Assembly (NCBI GenBank): GCA_030695905.1
Contig: JAUYOL010000036.1
Coordinates: forward strand, 182,814-246,813
Reading direction: 5' to 3'
DNA: 64,000 bases
DNA from: Candidatus Omnitrophota bacterium
GTDB lineage: Bacteria > Omnitrophota > Gorgyraeia > 2-01-FULL-45-10
In this document: positions 40,644-50,225 of the stretch, piece by piece
How the letters are laid out: every line of letters starts with the position of its first letter
Position numbering within the stretch: the first letter of the stretch is position 1
Translations under genes and position numbers: made by a program
The notes under the pieces: model-generated
Database searches by the model: none
Seen by the model: only the letters and a program-made list of their open reading frames with translations
What the model was told of the DNA's origin: nothing

Positions 40644-41813
40644 TTATTTGAGCATCCTCCTCATCTTTTCCATAAATGACTGCCCTAACGGCCCCGGATG
40701 TTTGTCCGATACCTTGGCAAATTCTTTCAACAGCCTCTTCTGCTCCGCAGTCAAATCTGTCGGTACATCTACCTGCATTTTTACCAGCTGATCGCCCCTG
40801 CCATAATCATGCAGGCGAGCTATTCCTCTTCCTCTTAACCTGAATACTTTTCCACTCTGGGTGCCGGCGGGTATCTTCATCTTTATCTTACCCTCAAGCG
40901 TCGGGACCTCTACTTCCCCGCCAAGCACGGCGACGACGAACTCCACAGGGACTTCACAATATACGTCAGATTCGTGCCTTTCAAATATTTCATGCGGCTT
41001 AACATGTATGACAAGATATAGATCGCCGCGGCGTCCGCCTTTTTCTCCCGCTTCGCCCTGGCCCTGAAGCCTTAGGCGCGAACCGGAATCTACGCCAGCC
41101 GGTATATTTACCTCTATCTCTTTTTTGGCCCTTATACGCCCCCTACCGCTGCACTCCTGACAGGGTGTCTTTGTTATAACTCCTTCACCGGCGCATTTAT
41201 CGCAGGTTCTTACTATATTAAAGAAACCATTTGATGAGCTTACCTGCCCACGCCCTCCGCAGGCAGGGCACCTTTCCTGTTTCGAACCGGGCTTGGCCCC
41301 TGTACCACCACATTCTTCGCAGGACTCAAATCGAGGTATAGATATAGTCTTCTTCCCGCCAAAAGCGGCGTCTTCAAAATTTATCTCTATCTTATATTCA
41401 AGGTCGTGACCACGCTGAGGCCCCCCACGCCTTCCAGCGCCGCCGAAGCCTGCGCCGAATATGTCGCCGCCAAAACCGAATCCCTGAAGTATGTCATTTA
41501 AATTGACACCCCAGTCACGCAGGTCATCAAAATGGTGGAAGTCCTGATTAAAGTCGAAACCGCCACCCTTAAAGGAACTATCCACACCGGCGTGGCCGTA
41601 TTGATCGTACGTAGCCTTCTTATTGGGGTCCATCAGGACTTCGTACGCTTCCGACATCTCCTTAAACTTCTCTTCCGCTTCCTTCTTCTTGTCGGCGCCT
41701 ACCCTGTCCGGATGGTACTTTAAGGCGAGATTTCTGTAAGCTTTCTTTATCTCATCGGCCGTGGCGGACCTGCTCAAGCCGAGTATGTCATAGTAGTCTC
41801 TTTTAGTAGTCAT
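40644..41813 (-). CDS. dnaJ: Chaperone DnaJ
   Basis: HPD J-domain, G/F region, four CxxCxGxG repeats. Confidence 0.97.
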   Translation of the reverse strand: MTTKRDYYDILGLSRSATADEIKKAYRNLALKYHPDRVGADKKKEAEEKFKEMSEAYEVLMDPNKKATYDQYGHAGVDSSFKGGGFDFNQDFHHFDDLRDWGVNLNDILQGFGFGGDIFGAGFGGAGRRGGPQRGHDLEYKIEINFEDAAFGGKKTISIPRFESCEECGGTGAKPGSKQERCPACGGRGQVSSSNGFFNIVRTCDKCAGEGVITKTPCQECSGRGRIRAKKEIEVNIPAGVDSGSRLRLQGQGEAGEKGGRRGDLYLVIHVKPHEIFERHESDVYCEVPVEFVVAVLGGEVEVPTLEGKIKMKIPAGTQSGKVFRLRGRGIARLHDYGRGDQLVKMQVDVPTDLTAEQKRLLKEFAKVSDKHPGPLGQSFMEKMRRMLK

Positions 41814-41831
41814 TCAATTCTTTCTTGCCTT

Positions 41832-42086
41832 CTATCGATAAACATCTTTGCGATGTTTTATTCTATAAATAATTACTTCTCTTGCCTTATCATCTATGCG
41901 ATATACTATTCTGAAATCTCCTGACCGAAGCCTGTAACCTTCGTCAGCGGTTAATTTTTTACACCCAAAAGGCCTGGGATTTTCCGACAGTGCCAATATT
42001 TTCTTCTTGATAGCATCAAAATCATGCATTGTAATAGTATCGAGGTCTTTTTCGGCCTTTGAAACTATCTTGATGCTATATTTCAT
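41832..42086 (-). CDS. relE: Type II toxin, RelE/ParE family
   Basis: NPRPFGCKKL...YRLRSGDFRIVY...IKHRKDVYR. Confidence 0.9.
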   Translation of the reverse strand: MKYSIKIVSKAEKDLDTITMHDFDAIKKKILALSENPRPFGCKKLTADEGYRLRSGDFRIVYRIDDKAREVIIYRIKHRKDVYR

Positions 42087-42307
42087 GCTTTTCTTTTCTT
42101 AAGATAATCATCGAACGTTATAGCGATTTTTTCCTGCGGACGCAACTCCTTGAGTTCAACGATATCCTCTATCATCTCTTCGCGCTCAAGCTGGCTCTTT
42201 AATGCCTTTTCGACAAAAAAGCCCTGCTTCAACCCATGCAACTGACAGAATTCCTTAATCTGCTGTATAAGAGACTTTTCAATTTTTATGGATAATACGC
42301 TCTTCAT
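42083..42307 (-). CDS. Putative ribbon-helix-helix antitoxin
   Basis: 74 aa, beta-helix-helix N-terminus, acidic tail, ATGA overlap with relE. Confidence 0.75.
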   Translation of the reverse strand: MKSVLSIKIEKSLIQQIKEFCQLHGLKQGFFVEKALKSQLEREEMIEDIVELKELRPQEKIAITFDDYLKKRKA

Positions 42308-42310
42308 TCT

Positions 42311-42380
42311 TCACCTCCAAAACAAGTATATATCAAAAAACTTACTTTGTCAATATAAAAGTATGTAAAATATTACTTTT
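42311..42380 (-). promoter_or_regulatory. Toxin-antitoxin promoter, RBS and candidate operator
   Basis: TTGACA (42348-42353), 17-nt spacer, TATACT (42325-42330); GGAGGTGA at 42311-42318; inverted repeat AAAAGTA...TACTTTT at 42357-42380. Confidence 0.75.
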
Positions 42381-42416
42381 GTAATTATAGCCTACATCTA
42401 TAATTTTACGGGTCCA

Positions 42417-42556
42417 GGCCCATCAGCAGAAGATCTCAAACCTAATCCTTCGTTACGTTCGCACAAATATGATAAATTTTTTGCTTCCAGATGTAGGCGG
42501 TCGCTTTTGTAGCCGCCTTCCGCTGACATAAAAGGGTGTCCCCTTCTATGATGGCC
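42417..42556. repeat. About 140-nt element with imperfect terminal inverted repeats and an internal hairpin
   Basis: ggcccatcagcagaag / cttctatgatggcc; hairpin aggcgg...ccgcct at 42495-42518. Confidence 0.5.
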
Positions 42557-42585
42557 CCTACCTCTTCCATGTGTTGCCCTTCTTT

Positions 42586-42825
42586 GTAAAACTTTTTCGC
42601 TTATGTCGCGGGCGGGGCTTGTGGGGTTCCGCCTGAAGCGGCGTTGAAAATTTTGATTCCTTTTGGCGATTCAGAACGGCCGGACAAACTGGGCCATTGT
42701 ATACTGGTTGCCAGGTTGAACGGCCATCAAAATTTTCCCGAGCAAATTTACATGCCTAATGTAAATTTGCACCCGCTGAAGGCGAGCCCCGCAAGGACCG
42801 CCATACAGCGTGCGGAAAGTTTTAC
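42586..42825 (+). repeat. 240-nt long imperfect palindrome (MITE-like element or structured RNA)
   Basis: About 55-nt imperfect arms; perfect 12-bp pair 42646-42657/42726-42737; perfect 12-bp hairpin at 42742-42770. Confidence 0.7.
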
Positions 42826-44738
42826 TTCTTGCCCTTTTCGTCATCCGATGTAAATTCTGCGTCGATGACGTCGTCCTTTTTGCCGCCGGCTTCGCCTTCT
42901 GCTTCAGCTCCGCCCTTGGGACTTTGCTGCTGTCCTGCGCCGGGACCCTTACCCTGCTGTTCCTTCGCCGACGTCTTCTTATATATCTCTTCGGCCAACT
43001 TATGCGAAACTTTTGTGAGCTCTTCGGTGCCGCGCTTTATACTGTCGACATTCTTATCCTTCATCGCCTGCTTCAGATCATTGATCCTCGACTCTATGTC
43101 GGCGCGCTCCTGTGAGCTGACCTTATCGCCGAACTCCTTCAGGGATTTTTCGGTAGCGTATACTAAGGTGTCGGCCTGGTTTATGACCTCGACCTCTTCT
43201 TTTCTCTTTTCATCTTCGGCAGCAAATTTTTCCGCTTGTTTAACGAATTTTTCTATCTCTTCCTTTGAAAGCTTCGTTGAGGCGGTTATCTTTATTGACT
43301 GCTCTTTTCCTGTACCGAGATCTTTCGCTCCGACATGAACTATACCGTCCTGGTTAATGTCGAACGAAACTTCTATCTGGGGTATGCCTCTTGGAGCAGG
43401 CGGAATTCCCACAAGATCAAATCTTCCGAGCTCGACGTTATCGTCGGCCATCTTGCGTTCGCCCTGAAGAACCCTTATCGTAACGGCCGTCTGATTATCC
43501 GCGGCGGTAGAAAATACCTGCTTCTTCTGTGTTGGAATGGTAGAGTTCCTCTCGATCAGGCGAGTACATACGCCTCCCAGAGTTTCAATGCCGAGCGACA
43601 GAGGCGTAACGTCGAGTAATAATACGTCTTTCGCCTCGCCGGTCATTATAGCCGCCTGTATTGCCGCTCCTAAAGCGACGCACTCCATAGGATCGACCCC
43701 GCGCTCTATCTTCTTGCCGACATAATCCTCGACGAACTTCTGGACTATAGGCATCCTGGTAGGGCCTCCGACCAATATTACTTTATCGACATTCTTCGCC
43801 GTTATCTTCGCGTCGGACAGTGCCAGTTCCATCGGGTGCTTGCATCTGTCGATAATAGGAGATATAAGCTCTTCGAGCTTTGCCCTGTTCAAAGACGTAG
43901 TCAAATGCTTCGGACCAGACTGATCGGCCGTGATGAACGGAAGATTCAGGTCCGTCGACATCGTGCTCGATAGTTCCACCTTAGCCTTTTCGGCGGCTTC
44001 CCTGACTCTCTGCATCGCCATCTTGTCATTCTTTAGATCTATACCGGTATCTTTCTTAAATTCTTTCGTAATATAATCAACGAGCGTATTATCCATGTCT
44101 GTACCGCCGAGTTGCGTATCGCCGCTTGTCGATATGACCTCGAATGTCGCCGCCTTATGTTCATCATCCCAGCCCATTTCGAGCACTGTAACATCGAGCG
44201 TCCCGCCCCCAAGGTCGAATACCATTATCTTCTGCTCCTTGCCGGCCTTATCGATACCATAAGCAAGGCACGCCGCCGTCGGCTCATTGATTATTCTCAA
44301 TACCTTTAATCCCGCTATCTCGCCCGCGTCCTTTGTCGCCTGGCGCTGGTTATCATTAAAATACGCGGGGCAGGTTATGACTGCTTCGTTTACCGTATCA
44401 CCCAGATAGTTTTCCGCATCCTGTTTGATCTTTGCCAATATAAATGCTGATATCTGCTGCGGCGTATATTCCTTCCCGTATACCTTATACTTGAAGTCGG
44501 TGCCCATCTTCCGCTTTGCCGCGAAGACCGTGCCTTCCGGATTTATCGATGCCTGGCGCCTTGCAGGTTCTCCGACCAGCTTTTGCCCGTCTTTGGTAAA
44601 AGCTACGAATGACGGAAACGCCTTGCCGCTGGCGACTCCCGCGCCTTCCGCTGATGGAATTATTACGGGCCTGCCCGCTTCCATGTGAGCAGCGGCTGAA
44701 TTTGATGTTCCTAAGTCTATACCTATTACCTTTGCCAT
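42822..44738 (-). CDS. dnaK: Chaperone DnaK
   Basis: [47 protein letters not shown]. Confidence 0.98.
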   Translation of the reverse strand: MAKVIGIDLGTSNSAAAHMEAGRPVIIPSAEGAGVASGKAFPSFVAFTKDGQKLVGEPARRQASINPEGTVFAAKRKMGTDFKYKVYGKEYTPQQISAFILAKIKQDAENYLGDTVNEAVITCPAYFNDNQRQATKDAGEIAGLKVLRIINEPTAACLAYGIDKAGKEQKIMVFDLGGGTLDVTVLEMGWDDEHKAATFEVISTSGDTQLGGTDMDNTLVDYITKEFKKDTGIDLKNDKMAMQRVREAAEKAKVELSSTMSTDLNLPFITADQSGPKHLTTSLNRAKLEELISPIIDRCKHPMELALSDAKITAKNVDKVILVGGPTRMPIVQKFVEDYVGKKIERGVDPMECVALGAAIQAAIMTGEAKDVLLLDVTPLSLGIETLGGVCTRLIERNSTIPTQKKQVFSTAADNQTAVTIRVLQGERKMADDNVELGRFDLVGIPPAPRGIPQIEVSFDINQDGIVHVGAKDLGTGKEQSIKITASTKLSKEEIEKFVKQAEKFAAEDEKRKEEVEVINQADTLVYATEKSLKEFGDKVSSQERADIESRINDLKQAMKDKNVDSIKRGTEELTKVSHKLAEEIYKKTSAKEQQGKGPGAGQQQSPKGGAEAEGEAGGKKDDVIDAEFTSDDEKGKK

Positions 44739-44740
44739 AC

Positions 44741-45280
44741 TTAACCTCCGTGTTTTACTATTTTTACCGACGCCGGACGCAATAACCTGCCGTTAAATGT
44801 ATAGCCCGGCTTCAATTCATCTACAATTAAACCTTCTTCCTTATCTTTTATATCGACCGAGTCTATAGGTTCGTGCAGATTGGGATCGAACTTCCCGCCG
44901 ACAGCCTTTATCCTATCCAGTCCAATATCTTTTAAGAATTTCTGGATCTGCAGATGGATCATGTCGACTCCTTCCTGCACAGCCTTAAAGTCCTTGGCCT
45001 CCTTTATATGTTTTTCCGATATTTCGAGTGAGTCTACTATCGGCAATAGATCTATAACAAACGACTCGTTGGCATACTTTAAATAATCACCTTTTTCTTT
45101 TTCGATACGGCGCTTGGCATTTTCAAATTCAGCGTGAGCCCTTACATACTTATCATAGTACGCGTCGCGCTCATCATGCTTTACTTTAAGAGCTTCGTAC
45201 TCCTTCTTGGGGATAGTCACCATCTCTTCGAGCAGGGGTATATCTTTCCCCTTATTATCATTTTCTTTGGGCATTATCAT
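44741..45280 (-). CDS. grpE: Nucleotide exchange factor GrpE
   Basis: [30 protein letters not shown]. Confidence 0.95.
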   Translation of the reverse strand: MIMPKENDNKGKDIPLLEEMVTIPKKEYEALKVKHDERDAYYDKYVRAHAEFENAKRRIEKEKGDYLKYANESFVIDLLPIVDSLEISEKHIKEAKDFKAVQEGVDMIHLQIQKFLKDIGLDRIKAVGGKFDPNLHEPIDSVDIKDKEEGLIVDELKPGYTFNGRLLRPASVKIVKHGG

Positions 45281-46014
45281 TACTCCATATCATCTATTAT
45301 TATGGAAACAGTATCAGCAAGAAGCTCAACCATCGGCACGACCCTCTCATAGACCATTCTCTTTGGCCCTATTACTCCTACCTTGCCGCTTTTTTTGCCT
45401 CTGACTTTATAGCCTCTGGTAACTACGCTGCATTCGGATAGCTGGTTTGATTTATTCTCTTTACCTATATGTATGGTTAGCGAGTCGTCCTCTGTCTCGC
45501 CACACAAAATTTTTAATATGCTGACTTTATCTTCAAGGCATTTGAAGATACTTTGCAGCTTCTTAATATCGTGGAATTCGGGCTGTTCTATAAGATGGCT
45601 CGCCCCATCAAGATATACCCTGTCTATATCCGGCAACAAAGTTATACCGACATAATTTGTGAGGCTCGACATAAGATGCGACGTCTTTTCCAGGATATCC
45701 TCAAGAGACCTTATCTTCTGGTGGTACTGCTCTTCCACCATATGCAGTATATTATCATTGATGCTTCGTTTATGCATGAGGCTGTTGACATAATAGCGAT
45801 AACCTTTATCTGTAGGGATCCTTCCCGCGGAAGTGTGCGGGTGCATGAGAAAGCCCTCTTCCTCCAGGTCGCTCATGACGTTACGGATAGTCGCGCTGGA
45901 TAGTCCGAGCTTGCGGGCAACGAATCGCGAGCCGACCGGCTCTGCGGATTCAGTATAGTTCCTCACGATTATCTCTAAAACCGCTTCTTCTCTTCTCTTA
46001 GCGCTCTTTGGCAT
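45280..46014 (-). CDS. hrcA: Heat-inducible repressor HrcA (short form)
   Basis: SSATIRNVMSDLE, PHTSAGRIPTDKGYR, GVIGPKRM. Confidence 0.93.
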   Translation of the reverse strand: MPKSAKRREEAVLEIIVRNYTESAEPVGSRFVARKLGLSSATIRNVMSDLEEEGFLMHPHTSAGRIPTDKGYRYYVNSLMHKRSINDNILHMVEEQYHQKIRSLEDILEKTSHLMSSLTNYVGITLLPDIDRVYLDGASHLIEQPEFHDIKKLQSIFKCLEDKVSILKILCGETEDDSLTIHIGKENKSNQLSECSVVTRGYKVRGKKSGKVGVIGPKRMVYERVVPMVELLADTVSIIIDDME

Positions 46015-46038
46015 AACACGTTTCCTTCGTCAGACAAA

Positions 46039-46065
46039 TTAGCACTCTTTATTTAAGAGTGCTAA
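46039..46065. promoter_or_regulatory. CIRCE element (HrcA operator)
   Basis: Perfect TTAGCACTC-N9-GAGTGCTAA; upstream TTGACA (46094-46099) and TGA-TAGACT (46072-46080) on the minus strand. Confidence 0.97.
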
Positions 46066-46095
46066 TATAGCAGTCTATCATAACTCAATTTTTTG

Positions 46096-47184
46096 TCAAG
46101 CAAATTTGACGGTATTTTGCGCATCCGATATCATCCTGATCAGAGAGTCGAATCCTTCTCTTTTTAATGCCGATATCGCCACAGAATTAGGAAAATATTC
46201 TACTGCCCTATCTACCGCTATCTGATTCTCCACCTTATCTATCTTATTAAGGACAGTGATGATCTTTTTATCTTTGGCGCCTATCTCCTCCAATACCTTA
46301 TATACGGCGTTAGACTGCTCCTTCGCTTTCGGATGACTCACATCTACTATGTGCAGGAGCAGGTCCGCCTCGACCACTTCTTCGAGAGTCGCTTTGAACG
46401 CTTCCACGAGGTTGTGAGGCAGGTTATCTATAAATCCTACCGTATCGACAAAAAGAATATTTCTTCTGTCCGGCAGCGTATACCTGCGCACGGTGGGGTC
46501 CAGAGTGGAGAAAAGTTTATTCTGAACGACTACATCTGATTTTGTAAGCGCATTTATTAAAGTAGACTTACCTACATTCGTATATCCTATAATGGCTATG
46601 GTCGGAAGAGAAAATCTGTCTCTTTTTTTACGCATCATGCCGCGCCTGGCGCTTAAGTTCTCAAGCTCTTTTTCAAGCCTGAATATCCTGGACCTGATAC
46701 GGCGCCGGTCAACCTCGAGCTTCTTTTCACCCGGCCCTACTGTACCTATACCGCCTCCGAGCCTTGACATCTGTATGCCCTTGCCTGTCAGCCGCGGCAG
46801 TAAATACATCAATTGCGCCAACTCAACCTGCGCCTTACCTTCATTAGAATGGGCTCGTCTGGCGAATATATCAAGTATCAGCTGCGTCCTGTCTATAACC
46901 TTCTTACCTATTATCTCTTCCAGATTCCTCTGTTGGGTGCCGCTAAGATCATTATTGAATACAACAATACTTATATTTTTCTCCGCGCACAGGCGTCCGA
47001 TCTCTTCGGCCTTGCCCTTGCCTATATAACAGGCAGGTTCTATCTTTTCTCTGCGGACGATAAGCTCTTCCACGACCTTCGCGCCGCAGGAAGAGGCAAG
47101 CTCAACAAGCTCCTTCGAGCGTTCTTTCGGAGTCCACTCTTCGCGTCTTTTAAGATCAATGGTTACGGTTATTGCCAATTCCAA
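46096..47184 (-). CDS. hflX: GTPase HflX (lacks the C-terminal domain)
   Basis: GPGEKKLE, GYTNVGKST, LFSTLDPT, DTVGF, NKID. Confidence 0.93.
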   Translation of the reverse strand: MELAITVTIDLKRREEWTPKERSKELVELASSCGAKVVEELIVRREKIEPACYIGKGKAEEIGRLCAEKNISIVVFNNDLSGTQQRNLEEIIGKKVIDRTQLILDIFARRAHSNEGKAQVELAQLMYLLPRLTGKGIQMSRLGGGIGTVGPGEKKLEVDRRRIRSRIFRLEKELENLSARRGMMRKKRDRFSLPTIAIIGYTNVGKSTLINALTKSDVVVQNKLFSTLDPTVRRYTLPDRRNILFVDTVGFIDNLPHNLVEAFKATLEEVVEADLLLHIVDVSHPKAKEQSNAVYKVLEEIGAKDKKIITVLNKIDKVENQIAVDRAVEYFPNSVAISALKREGFDSLIRMISDAQNTVKFA

Positions 47185-47185
47185 T

Positions 47186-48109
47186 TTACGATACCCCTTT
47201 CGCGATTGCGCTTATTATCCTGCCCTGCGAAATCTTGCTGACGTCGAACCACTTTATCCTTTTATCAGGCCTGTGCCATGTAAGCTGCCGCTTCGCAAAG
47301 CGCCTTGTATTCATCTTCATCAGCTCCTTCGCCGCGTTAAGGCCGTATTCGCCTTTTAGAAAACCGGACAACTCTCTTAGTCCTATCACGGCATTTGCGG
47401 TCTTGCTCAATTTCTTTTTGTATATATTTTTAACTTCTTTTAAGGCTCCGGCATTAATCATATCATCAACCCTATCGTTTATATTCGAATAGATAAGGTC
47501 TCTGGGGGCCGTCAGGCCGAATATCTTTACTTTGTAGCTACCCGCTATGCCTTTTGTGCTCTTCTTTAATTCGGTCATAGTCTTACCGGTACTATTATAT
47601 ATCTCAAGAGCTCTTATTACACGCCTGATATCATTTTTATGGATAAGACGCGCGGACTGCGGATCAACCTTCTGTAATTTTTTATACAGATACTCATTTC
47701 CATAACGCGCGGCAAGGCCATACATCTTTTTCCTGAAATTTTGATCCGCTTCCGGTGAGGGAAAAAGGCCGTCTACCAGCGCCCTTACATACAGCCCGGT
47801 ACCTCCGAGAACTATCGGTATCTTTTTGCGTTTTAATATATCTTTTATTAAATGTTCGGCGCGTCCGGCAAATTGCGCGGCTGAAAATTCACTTTGTGGA
47901 TTTAAGAATTTTATCAGGTGATATCGCGTATTTTTTGTCTCTTTGACGCCCGGAGCCTGGCTTAGGATATTTACACCTTTATATACCTGCATGGAGTCGC
48001 AGGATATTATTTCACCTTCGATCTTTTTGGCGAGTCTGACACCAAGCGCTGTCTTGCCTATCGCCGTCGGCCCAACAATAATTATAATGAAGGGCTTAGT
48101 TAGCGGCAT
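47186..48109 (-). CDS. miaA: tRNA dimethylallyltransferase
   Basis: GPTAIGKT, DSMQVY, GGTGLY, FAKRQLTW. Confidence 0.95.
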   Translation of the reverse strand: MPLTKPFIIIIVGPTAIGKTALGVRLAKKIEGEIISCDSMQVYKGVNILSQAPGVKETKNTRYHLIKFLNPQSEFSAAQFAGRAEHLIKDILKRKKIPIVLGGTGLYVRALVDGLFPSPEADQNFRKKMYGLAARYGNEYLYKKLQKVDPQSARLIHKNDIRRVIRALEIYNSTGKTMTELKKSTKGIAGSYKVKIFGLTAPRDLIYSNINDRVDDMINAGALKEVKNIYKKKLSKTANAVIGLRELSGFLKGEYGLNAAKELMKMNTRRFAKRQLTWHRPDKRIKWFDVSKISQGRIISAIAKGVS

Positions 48110-48906
48110 ACCTTCGTCTTGTATCCATCAGTTTTCAGCTTCTTCGCTGTTTTTTCAGCTTCAGCCGCCGACTCATAAGAACCTACTTTTACCCTATAAA
48201 ACGTCATTTTTAATTTGTAAGCAGTTTCTATGGAGCTATCGTAACCTTTTTGTGTCAATCTGTCCTTCATGCGCTGGGCATTACTCTTATCGCGGAAATA
48301 ACCTACCTGCACATAGTACTTGCCGCTTATTTTAACATCGGATATTCCGCCGCTTTTTACGGGAGAAAGTTTTTCATCAGGAACGGCCGCCATATTAGCT
48401 TCAAAGCTCAAAGGCGCCGCCTGTTTCACCCTGCCAAGATATTCTCTTGCCTTATCATTTATCCCCAACTTTTGATAGGAATTGCCCATCTTGTAATATA
48501 CTATCGAGCTATTCTTATGGTCGGGGAAATTTTTGAGCGCTTCATTATACGCGACTACCGCTTCATTGAACTTACCCTCGAGAAAATACGAGTCCCCAAT
48601 ACCTATATAGCCGTCGAATGCCCTCTTGCCTCTCGGATAACGCTCTACCATATACTCAAAAGTCTGCCGAGCCTCGGAGTATCTATTTAATTGTAATAGG
48701 CTTAAACCTTTCAGATAATTTAATTCTTCGCGACCATGCGCTCCGGCATCGATCAATTTTCCGGCTTCGGCAACGACCCTATCGTACTTAGCCTCCATAA
48801 ATAATTTCTCGACCCCCGCGAGGCTCTCTACGCCAGTCCGCGCGTAAGACAGATTAATAAAAGAGACCGTTATGATAATTGTAAAAACTACACTCCTTAT
48901 CTTCAT
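48100..48906 (-). CDS. Secreted TPR + SPOR domain protein
   Basis: Signal peptide, TPR repeats, YYVQVGYF...YRVKVG SPOR domain. Confidence 0.85.
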   Translation of the reverse strand: MKIRSVVFTIIITVSFINLSYARTGVESLAGVEKLFMEAKYDRVVAEAGKLIDAGAHGREELNYLKGLSLLQLNRYSEARQTFEYMVERYPRGKRAFDGYIGIGDSYFLEGKFNEAVVAYNEALKNFPDHKNSSIVYYKMGNSYQKLGINDKAREYLGRVKQAAPLSFEANMAAVPDEKLSPVKSGGISDVKISGKYYVQVGYFRDKSNAQRMKDRLTQKGYDSSIETAYKLKMTFYRVKVGSYESAAEAEKTAKKLKTDGYKTKVCR

Positions 48907-50009
48907 TTCACACCTTTCTTTAGAGCGGTAAGCGCCTTTTCATGCCTTCTTTCTTTTTCTTCTTTTGACACATCATCTTTCAATAAATGGGACTTTGCCG
49001 GAGGCCGGGGCGAGTATTTAAATACAAACCCACCCTCGAAACCGCATTTTTTTATCACTTTTAGTGTATCATTAAAATCTTTTTCGGTCTCTGATGGAAA
49101 TCCTACGATTATATCAGTTGTTACAGAGCCTTTCGGAACATATTTTTTGAATAATTTGATTACGTCCATATACTTTTTTTGTGTATATCCGCGATTCATA
49201 AGTTTTAATACCCTATCGGATCCGGACTGAAGAGGAAGGTGAAGGCGCTTATCCACTTTTTTTAGCCTGCCGATAGCCTTAAATAATTCCTCCGAAGCGT
49301 CCTTTGGATGGCTCGTCATAAATCGTATAAGTTTGATACCTTTAATTTTATTCAACCTCTCAAGTAATTTAACAAAACCCGAATACGAATTTACGTTCTG
49401 CCCTAACAACATGACTTCGGTAAATCCGCGCTTTGCCAGGCCTTCGATTTCTTTTACAATATCCTTTTGCTCCCTCGAGCGCTCTCTGCCGCGCACATAT
49501 GGCACTATGCAATATGAACAAAAGTTGTTACATCCCTCGCCTATCGAAACAAGTGCCTTCGGCTTAGTATCACGATATCGAGGATTAAGCTCCGGCCTCT
49601 TCTCGCTTACTTTATCAATAGCGACTATGGGGCACCTGTGTTTCAATATATTCTTCACTATTCCAGGGAGGTCGCCTTCATTGCCGGGCCCGCAGACAAA
49701 ATCAACAAGCGGGATATTCTCGAGGAGCTTTTCCTTATAACTCTGGGCGGTGCATCCCATAACGCCGATGACAAGCTCGGGCTTCTTCTTTTTAAGTTTC
49801 TTCAATTGCCATATGTTATTAAAAAGACGTTCTTCGGCATGCCCTCGGACCGAACATGAATTAAATATAATGACATCGGCATCCTCCATAGAAGATGCCT
49901 TGCGAAAACCTTCTTTAATCAGAATGCCAAGCACGAACTCCGAATCCCGGACATTCATCTGACATCCGAAGGTTTTAATATAAACTTTATTCTTATTCAT
50001 AGCTGGCAT
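48903..50009 (-). CDS. miaB: tRNA methylthiotransferase MiaB lacking the TRAM domain
   Basis: TFGCQMN, NSCSVR, MGC, GCNNFCSYCIVPYVRG, FKYSPRP; protein ends at 368 aa. Confidence 0.88.
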   Translation of the reverse strand: MPAMNKNKVYIKTFGCQMNVRDSEFVLGILIKEGFRKASSMEDADVIIFNSCSVRGHAEERLFNNIWQLKKLKKKKPELVIGVMGCTAQSYKEKLLENIPLVDFVCGPGNEGDLPGIVKNILKHRCPIVAIDKVSEKRPELNPRYRDTKPKALVSIGEGCNNFCSYCIVPYVRGRERSREQKDIVKEIEGLAKRGFTEVMLLGQNVNSYSGFVKLLERLNKIKGIKLIRFMTSHPKDASEELFKAIGRLKKVDKRLHLPLQSGSDRVLKLMNRGYTQKKYMDVIKLFKKYVPKGSVTTDIIVGFPSETEKDFNDTLKVIKKCGFEGGFVFKYSPRPPAKSHLLKDDVSKEEKERRHEKALTALKKGVK

Positions 50010-50012
50010 ATA

Positions 50013-50225
50013 TCAACCCTGCCCCACAACAGTAATCGTATTTGCGCCAAACTCAACTAAATCTCCTGAGCGAAGTTTGCGGCGGATACGTGATTCAACT
50101 AGTCCGTTAACTTTAACTGCACCCGCCTGTATCTGTTGCTTGGCTTGGGCGCTGTTAATAACGAGTTCCAGCAGCTTTAAGAGATTATCCAGCTCAATAA
50201 ATTCAGTCTTTAGTTTAAATTCCAT
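50013..50225 (-). CDS. S4 RNA-binding protein (YbcJ/YaaA-like)
   Basis: FIELDNLLKL...VKVNG...RRKLRSGD. Confidence 0.85.
   Translation of the reverse strand: MEFKLKTEFIELDNLLKLLELVINSAQAKQQIQAGAVKVNGLVESRIRRKLRSGDLVEFGANTITVVGQG

Noticed and set aside
42586-42825. 6S RNA or rho-independent terminator
   Set aside because: Longer and more branched than typical 6S, with no recognisable conserved bubble and no clear U-tract; left unassigned pending an Rfam search
42644-42853. 69-aa plus-strand ORF and short minus-strand ORFs in the dnaK-antitoxin spacer
   Set aside because: They lie across palindromic elements and have no recognisable motif or convincing RBS
46096-48109. Missing hfq between miaA and hflX
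   Set aside because: Hfq is absent from many phyla, so this is unremarkable
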